Both the position numbers and the translations under genes were made by a program. Below, piece by piece: positions 27,901 to 32,000 of a DNA stretch of 32,000 nucleotides; position 1 is the stretch's first letter, and each line of letters starts with the position of its first letter. The DNA comes from Cylindrospermopsis raciborskii Cr2010. GTDB lineage: Bacteria > Cyanobacteriota > Cyanobacteriia > Cyanobacteriales > Nostocaceae. The notes under the pieces are model-generated. The model was not told the DNA's origin, made no database searches, and saw only the letters and a list, made by a program, of their open reading frames with translations. The DNA lies in the NCBI RefSeq assembly GCF_003367075.2, contig NZ_CP065936.1, forward strand, positions 2,610,001 to 2,642,000. Direction: 5' to 3'.

Positions 27901-28784
27901 TCTATTGCTTTTTCAAGATACCCCATATCACTATGAGTGACTCCGCGACTATAAGCAGCTAAAGCCAGATTAGGGTTAATATCAAGAGCTTGGTTAAAAT
28001 CCTCTATTGCTCCTTGCCCATCCCCCAAATTGCTGCGGGCAATTCCCCGCTCCATATATGCCTGAGCTAGGTTAGAATTAATACTTATGGACTGGGTAAA
28101 ATCATTTATTGCCCCCCGATGGTCTCCTAAGTCGCTGCGGGCAATTCCTCGACAAAGGTAGGTATGGGCATCCTCTTCCAGGTCAATTTCTAAAACCGCC
28201 TGATTGCCTAGGGAAATAATAGTGTCAGTCTGTCTTGGTGATAGGGTACTACAGACAGCCTGCATTTGCGCTAAATGAACTGAAAATTTAGGTAATGCCT
28301 GTTCAAATTCAGTTTCTATATGTTGCAATATTTCTAACTCTGCCCCATAATCAACTGAACTAGAAGGAGATATAAAAGGATTGGGGGTAAAAGTAGTGTT
28401 TCCACCAAATGTGCGATGAAACCAGATAGCTAACTCCCTAGCTATCTTTAATATAGTCAAAGCCTGACTAGAATCACTAGTATACTCATAGGCTGCTCTA
28501 TCACTAACAACCCTAACTTGATGGAATAGAAGGGCTACCTTTTGTGGTAGAATTCCCTTTAGCTCTAATTGGTTCAATAGGTCTGCTTGGTTTTCAACAG
28601 TGGAATGGAAATTTCCCGTTCTAGCAGCAATTAATTGAGCCAAGAGTTGGCCAAAGTAGCACAATTTAACCAGACAAGTGTTGGGTTGATTCCACACATA
28701 GCCCTCAGCCAAAATACCAAGACGTACTAACTGTTGTAAATCCTGCGGTTGTAAAAACTGGAAGTTGACTGATTCTTTTGTCAT
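24942..28784 (-). CDS. 1280-aa multidomain protein: DUF4145-like N-terminal domain, about 23 tandem TPR units, C-terminal FGE/SUMF1-type (formylglycine-generating-enzyme-like) module
   Basis: One uninterrupted ORF with an ATG start (MTKES). See the three sub-features below for domain evidence. The + strand ORFs inside it (26256-26600, 26790-27110, 27378-27620) are antisense artefacts of the repeat. Confidence 0.9.
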   Translation of the reverse strand: MTKESVNFQFLQPQDLQQLVRLGILAEGYVWNQPNTCLVKLCYFGQLLAQLIAARTGNFHSTVENQADLLNQLELKGILPQKVALLFHQVRVVSDRAAYEYTSDSSQALTILKIARELAIWFHRTFGGNTTFTPNPFISPSSSVDYGAELEILQHIETEFEQALPKFSVHLAQMQAVCSTLSPRQTDTIISLGNQAVLEIDLEEDAHTYLCRGIARSDLGDHRGAINDFTQSISINSNLAQAYMERGIARSNLGDGQGAIEDFNQALDINPNLALAAYSRGVTHSDMGYLEKAIDDFNQALHLNSAFFDAYTRRGLARYDLGDKQGAIDDFNQVIRINSHFADGYAARGLVYCDLGNHQEAINDFSQAIRINPNYAQAYHNRGVARSQLGDKQGAIDDYTQSLNLNPKFASAYYNRGIIRSDLGSNKAAMDDYTQAIRINPNYAEAYNNRGAIRTYLGDYQGAIDDYIQALRVDYNYTEAYYNWGTTRINLEDNQGAIDDYTQAININPNYAQAYYGRGIARFNLGDKQGAIDDYTQSLSLNPNYAQAYYNRGIARTSLGDKQGAVDDYTQAININPNYAQAYYAWGMLRSELGDKQGAINDYTQALNINPDDTETYIARGLTRSELGDNQGAIDDYTQALNLNPDYAYVYNNRGIVRSHMADYQTAIDDYTEAINISPDYADAYYNRGIAYYDLANYQRAIDDYTQALEIKSNCADAYIGRGTALYKLGDSQGAINDFNHGLDIDPSYADAYNNRGIVRYELGDHQGAIGDFNHALNINSNYAQAYNNRGIVRYELRDNRGAIEDFNHALNINSNYAQAYNNRGIVRICLGERQLAIEDFTQATIIASNYTESYINRGYARYELGNRQKAIEDFNQALNINPNYAQAYNNRGVAYTDLGDREWAKDDFSQALQINPYYAEAYNNRAIVCYKLGDRQGAIEDFNQALKINSNYVEAYNIRGNIRYELGDRQGAIEDFNRALSLGSLDLKENLKFWEKGGLTLTIKLRNYLNLKILSFEVVSKKNSGEIIKRDASAIYFVEDLGDDITLEMVEIPGGTFTIKSAENRGNAEGIAEHLVTIPSFFMGKYEITQEQYQAVTGDNPSYFKGDKRPVERVKWSQALDFCEELSQITGRIYTLPSEAQWEYACRGGTSTEFHFGDTITTDLVNYHGDHGDSLAPQGQYRKQTTEVGSFPPNPFGLYDMHGNVWEWCLDHWRDHYQDIPKDGSPWVEKGIFGVFRGHLLRGGSWCDSAKHCRSGSRNRHLSDKNNLGFRVVCSNPNR
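24945..25643 (-). other. C-terminal FGE-sulfatase/SUMF1-type domain (aa ~1048-1280) of the giant protein
   Basis: LEMVEIPGGTF, FFMGKYEITQEQYQAV, PVERVKWSQALDFCEELS, YTLPSEAQWEYACRGGT, FGLYDMHGNVWEWC, RGGSW......CRS..R.......NLGFRVV. It is preceded by the FEVV....GEII.R......F.EDLG lead-in typical of the cyanobacterial version of this module. Confidence 0.85.
25836..28166 (-). repeat. Tandem array of about 23 TPR units (34 aa / 102 bp each), aa 207-983 of the giant protein
   Basis: The consensus is visible by eye: (Q/E/D)AY.NRG.(A/V)R..LGD.QGAI.D(F/Y).QAL.INPNYA. There are 22 full units plus a 29-aa terminal unit. Adjacent units at 26305-26406 and 26407-26508 differ at about 10 of 102 nt by my hand alignment. 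Confidence 0.9.
28404..28784 (-). other. N-terminal domain of the giant protein (aa 1-127), DUF4145-like
   Basis: The pattern L..LG.LAE.......P..CLVKL...G.LLAQ.I....G........Q.DLLN.L...GILP......FH.VR......A....S...A...LKIA.ELA.WF resembles the DUF4145 helical domain found at the N-termini of HsdR and Abi-like proteins. The usual GN.A.H stretch is replaced here (SDRAAYEY). Assignment is from memory and has not been searched. Confidence 0.45.
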
Positions 28785-28929
28785 AACTCAATTTGACCAC
28801 TGTGACACAAAATTAATGGTAGTGTGGGACAGACTCCAATATTACTACACACTACTCATGAGTGTCAATCTCAATCAAGACCACGCTGGTACGAAAAATT
28901 ACCTAAAACTTTTCTAGGAGGTGGACATC

Positions 28930-30042
28930 ATGGCTGCTAAGAGTTTTCCTATAAGTAGCCTCTCTATAAAAGGATACAAGTCTATCAAAAACCTTCAAGA
29001 CTTCCCCATGCGATCGCTCAATATTCTTATCGGTGCCAATGGCGCAGGAAAGAGTAATTTTGTCACATTTTTCGCAATGCTCAGTGAACTGGTAGAGCAG
29101 CGATTACAAGTTTGGGTACAAAAGCAGGGCGGTGCGGAGCGAGTTCTGAGCTTTGGAATCAGAGAGACTCCTGAGTTGTATTCTAGAATTTATTTTGCGC
29201 GGAATCAATATAGCTTTACTCTAGGACCGACAGCATCTTCTGGTTTTGTTTTCTTGGAGGAGGAAGAGTATTTCGATGGCCCACGCTTCGATCCAAAAAA
29301 GAAAACTAAATCAGGTCAAACAGAGTCATGTTTGAGAGATTGGAAAGCAGCTGCAAAGCAAGACAGTATGGAGGATTACATTTATTCCTCAATGTCAAGC
29401 TGGAAGGTCTTTCACTTTCACGATACTAGTGACATGGCTGGCGTAAAACGCCCTTGTTCAGTTCACGACAATAAGCATCTCAGACCCGAAGCGTCTAACC
29501 TTGCTGCTTACCTATACCTTCTGCAACAAAAGGAGACAGCCATATATAATCAGATTCGTAAGACCGTGGCGTTGGCGATCCCATTCTTTGATGATTTTGT
29601 TCTTGAACCTACCACTCTACCAACAGAAGAACAGCAAATTCGGTTGCTATGGAAACAGAAAGACAGCGATTATGCTTTTTGGCCCAGTCAGCTTTCTGAT
29701 GGTTCACTCCGATTCATCTGTTTAGTTACGGTTCTTATGCAACCCAATCCTCCTTCCACTATCATCATCGACGAACCAGAGTTAGGACTACATCCCCATG
29801 CCATTGTTTTGCTTGGTTCTCTCATTCGAGCAAACTCCAACCGAACCCAGGTTATCGTTTCCACTCAATCTGTCCCATTACTTAACGAGTTTAGCATAGA
29901 CGACTTGATTGTAGTTGAACGGGAGGAAGGAGCTTCCGTGTTCAAACGCTACAATGGCGAGGATTTCTCCTCTTGGCTAGAAAATTATAGCATTGGTGAA
30001 CTGTGGGAGAAGAATATTCTTGGAGGGAGGCCTAGAAAATGA
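28930..30042 (+). CDS. ABC-type AAA ATPase (AAA_21/AAA_15-like), partner of the downstream DUF4276 gene
   Basis: Walker A LIGANGAGKSNF, ABC-signature-like LSDGSLR, Walker B/D-loop TIIIDEPELGLHP, H-loop position VSTQS. AGGAGG (28916-28921) lies 8 nt before the ATG at 28930, so I prefer that start to the GTG at 28921 used by the track. The stop overlaps the next start (ATGA at 30039-30042). Confidence 0.85.
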   Translation: MAAKSFPISSLSIKGYKSIKNLQDFPMRSLNILIGANGAGKSNFVTFFAMLSELVEQRLQVWVQKQGGAERVLSFGIRETPELYSRIYFARNQYSFTLGPTASSGFVFLEEEEYFDGPRFDPKKKTKSGQTESCLRDWKAAAKQDSMEDYIYSSMSSWKVFHFHDTSDMAGVKRPCSVHDNKHLRPEASNLAAYLYLLQQKETAIYNQIRKTVALAIPFFDDFVLEPTTLPTEEQQIRLLWKQKDSDYAFWPSQLSDGSLRFICLVTVLMQPNPPSTIIIDEPELGLHPHAIVLLGSLIRANSNRTQVIVSTQSVPLLNEFSIDDLIVVEREEGASVFKRYNGEDFSSWLENYSIGELWEKNILGGRPRK

Positions 30043-30491
30043 TTCGCGTTCACATCATTTGTGAAGGACAGACAGAAGAAGATTTTATCAAAGAGGTATT
30101 GCGTCCCCATTTTTCCCAAAAGGGAATAGCAGTCTACCCCTCCCTCATTGGTAAGCCAGGTCACAAGGGAGGTAATTTCAAGATTGAACGCCTACTGAAT
30201 GATGTGCGTAACCGCATCAAAGGGGACACAGAGGCTTTCTGTACTACTATGTTTGACTACTATGGTCTTCCCACCTCATTTCCTGGGAAGACTACAAGCA
30301 CTGCGGGGATGACCTCAGAAGAAAAATCAAATATCCTGTGTCGGGAGCTAGCACAGGTGATTGAGAGTCAGCGATGTTACCCTGGGATAAGAAACTTCGC
30401 TGCTGTCTGTACATCTTTATCACCCCTACCAGAACAATTAATCACAATTCGTGGACTACCTACTAACTGGGGACATAAAGTTTCTAAATAA
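30039..30491 (+). CDS. DUF4276-family (Toprim/RloB-like) protein, apparently 3'-truncated. Family homology runs about 30039-30376; the remaining 38 codons are antisense trpB sequence, so this is a likely pseudogene.
   Basis: The N-terminus [21 protein letters not shown] and the [11 protein letters not shown] region fit the DUF4276 pattern I recall. From codon 114 on, the frame reads the reverse complement of the trpB 3' end (the trpB stop complement TTA is at 30377-30379). The later conserved part of the family (I recall an HEFEALLF-like motif and a total length near 190-220 aa) is missing. Confidence 0.6.
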   Translation: MIRVHIICEGQTEEDFIKEVLRPHFSQKGIAVYPSLIGKPGHKGGNFKIERLLNDVRNRIKGDTEAFCTTMFDYYGLPTSFPGKTTSTAGMTSEEKSNILCRELAQVIESQRCYPGIRNFAAVCTSLSPLPEQLITIRGLPTNWGHKVSK

Positions 30492-31639
30492 GCGATCGCA
30501 TGGGATGTTTCCAAAGCTGGTATAATCCCCTCCAATTGGGAAAGTCTTTGAAAAGCCTCTAAAGCTTCCCTATCTGTTACACTATAATATTCAGCTCTAC
30601 CGGTATCCTTCATATAACTGTGTTCTGGTCCAACACCAGGATAATCAAGTCCTGCACTAATAGAGTGTGGCTCAATAACCTGCCCCTCCCCGTCTTGTAG
30701 CAAATAACTCATAGCACCATGCAATACACCCACTTGTCCTTTGGTCAAAGTAGCAGCATGTTTACCAGTATCCACCCCTTCACCAGCTGCTTCCACACCA
30801 ATTAATCGTACAGAAGGTTCTTTAACAAACTCATGGAAAAGTCCCATAGCATTAGAACCCCCTCCCACACAAGCCAAAAGAATATCTGGTAAACCGCCCC
30901 ATTTTTCCATAGCTTGCTCCCGGGTTTCCCGACCAATCACAGCATGAAAGTCTCGCACCATCATGGGGTAAGGATGGGGACCAGCAACTGATCCTAGAAT
31001 ATAGTGAGTTGTTTCCACATTAGTCACCCAATCCCGAATGGCTTCAGATGTGGCATCTTTAAGAGTACCTGTTCCCGCAGCTACCCCCCTCACTTCCGCA
31101 CCCATTAATCGCATTCTAAATACATTTAAAGATTGGCGTTCCATGTCATGAACGCCCATATAAATAACACATTTTAAACCAAACCGGGCGCATACCGTTG
31201 CTGTAGCTACCCCATGCTGTCCTGCTCCGGTTTCAGCAATAATTCGCTCTTTACCCATGCGTTTGGCTAAAAGTACCTGACCAAGAGCATTATTAATTTT
31301 ATGAGCACCTGTATGATTTAAATCCTCACGCTTTAAATAAATTTGCGCCCCAGTACCATCAGGAAGAGCATAATGAGCAGTAAGTCTTTGGGCAAAGTAT
31401 AAAGGTGTGGAGCGTCCTACATAGTCTTTTAGTAAAGCCTGTAATTCCGTTTGAAAATCCGACTCCTGACGATAACGCTGATAAGCCGCTTCCAATTCAA
31501 ACAAAGCTGGCATTAAAGTTTCTGGAACATATTTGCCCCCAAAGCGACCAAAACGTCCCAGACTATCGGGGACAGAACTAGCTTGGGACAGGTTAGGAGA
31601 AAGGGGAGTAGTAATCACAGATTCATTAAAAAGAGACAA
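30377..31639 (-). CDS. trpB: Tryptophan synthase beta chain
   Basis: Motifs: [14 protein letters not shown], the PLP-lysine motif [41 protein letters not shown], and C-terminal CSGRGDKD. The track start is a TTG at 31639. A GTG at 31618 (ITTPLSP...) is an alternative start. Confidence 0.95.
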   Translation of the reverse strand: MSLFNESVITTPLSPNLSQASSVPDSLGRFGRFGGKYVPETLMPALFELEAAYQRYRQESDFQTELQALLKDYVGRSTPLYFAQRLTAHYALPDGTGAQIYLKREDLNHTGAHKINNALGQVLLAKRMGKERIIAETGAGQHGVATATVCARFGLKCVIYMGVHDMERQSLNVFRMRLMGAEVRGVAAGTGTLKDATSEAIRDWVTNVETTHYILGSVAGPHPYPMMVRDFHAVIGRETREQAMEKWGGLPDILLACVGGGSNAMGLFHEFVKEPSVRLIGVEAAGEGVDTGKHAATLTKGQVGVLHGAMSYLLQDGEGQVIEPHSISAGLDYPGVGPEHSYMKDTGRAEYYSVTDREALEAFQRLSQLEGIIPALETSHAIAYLETLCPQLVGSPRIVINCSGRGDKDVQTAAKFLIPG

Positions 31640-31675
31640 CAGGGTTAATTTTAAGAGTTAATTCTAATTCTATAT

Positions 31676-31702
31676 TCTATCTGCAATTATCTTGCAGATA
31701 GA
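31676..31702. terminator. Perfect 11-bp stem-loop in the ndhJ-trpB spacer (candidate ndhJ terminator or trpB regulatory element)
   Basis: TCTATCTGCAA (31676-31686) / TTGCAGATAGA (31692-31702) with loop TTATC. It lies 34 nt downstream of the ndhJ stop on the - strand. There is no clean U-tract, only AT-rich flanks. Confidence 0.4.
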
Positions 31703-31735
31703 TATTAATCTGGACAAGAGCATGAAAAATGCTAC

Positions 31736-32000
31736 TTAATAAGCATCTTGCAACTCGTAGAAATCCGGCGAAATGTAGTCCTTACGCAAAGGCCAACCCA
31801 CCCAATCTTCAGGCATCAGGATTCGTTTCAAATTGGGATGACCCTCATAAATAATACCAAACATGTCATAGGATTCCCGTTCTTGCCAGTCAGCAGTCCG
31901 CCAAATCCAGTACACAGATGGTACAACGGGATTCTCTCTGGGTAAGAATACCTTAAGTCTTACCTCAGCTGGTTTATCAGCATCACTACTGACCTTAATC
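31736..32000 (-). CDS. ndhJ: NAD(P)H-quinone oxidoreductase (NDH-1) subunit J, C-terminal 87 codons (gene starts beyond the window)
   Basis: The reverse-strand translation is ...[61 protein letters not shown] with the stop complement at 31736-31738. The track ORF 31748-31945 (+) is its antisense shadow. Confidence 0.9.
   Translation of the reverse strand, partial: IKVSSDADKPAEVRLKVFLPRENPVVPSVYWIWRTADWQERESYDMFGIIYEGHPNLKRILMPEDWVGWPLRKDYISPDFYELQDAY

Noticed and set aside
24942-28784. Absence of HIP1 sites from the giant gene as evidence of foreign origin
   Set aside because: At about one site per 2.9 kb, a 3.8-kb gap is expected fairly often by chance (roughly one time in four). The repetitive sequence further reduces its effective complexity.
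28854-28863. 10-bp perfect palindrome ACTCATGAGT in the divergent promoter spacer of the accessory locus, considered as an operator
   Set aside because: About 30 perfect 10-bp palindromes are expected by chance in 32 kb. There is no second copy or flanking symmetry.
31748-31945. 65-aa + strand ORF at the right edge
   Set aside because: The opposite strand encodes an unmistakable NdhJ C-terminus (…[23 protein letters not shown]…YELQDAY*). The + ORF is its shadow.

Overview
This window looks like a chromosomal segment of a low-GC, probably filamentous (Nostocales-like) cyanobacterium. The evidence is 11 exact HIP1 palindromes (GCGATCGC), the gene content (ndhJ, ftrC, an FtsH2-like ftsH, speA, a cyanobacterial-type FGE module) and frequent non-ATG starts. 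About 27 protein genes are supportable, and most are housekeeping: argB (3' end), pdxH, an AI-2E permease, scpA, an NDP-sugar pyrophosphorylase, speA, ftsH, an HlyD adaptor, a two-gene hydantoinase/oxoprolinase pair, xthA, a folate-biopterin transporter, a carotenoid oxygenase, a GT4 glycosyltransferase, ftrC, a DUF309 gene, lptA-like/lptB/lptFG, trpB and ndhJ (3' end). I found no rRNA, tRNA, CRISPR array or transposase. The one clearly accessory stretch is 24942-30376, packed tightly between lptF/G and trpB. It holds a 1280-aa protein (DUF4145-like N-terminus, about 23 tandem TPRs, C-terminal FGE/SUMF1-type module). Transcribed divergently from it is an ABC-type AAA ATPase translationally coupled to a DUF4276 (Toprim/RloB-like) gene. 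That DUF4276 gene appears truncated exactly at the trpB stop codon. This is my best candidate for an undescribed or poorly described conflict-type locus, but it may be decayed in this genome. Secondary observations are a short dispersed intergenic repeat with a nested hairpin, near-identical 102-bp TPR-coding units, two long ORF-free spacers, a small zinc-ribbon gene and an orphan HlyD adaptor. All family assignments come from motif recognition by eye. No searches were run.
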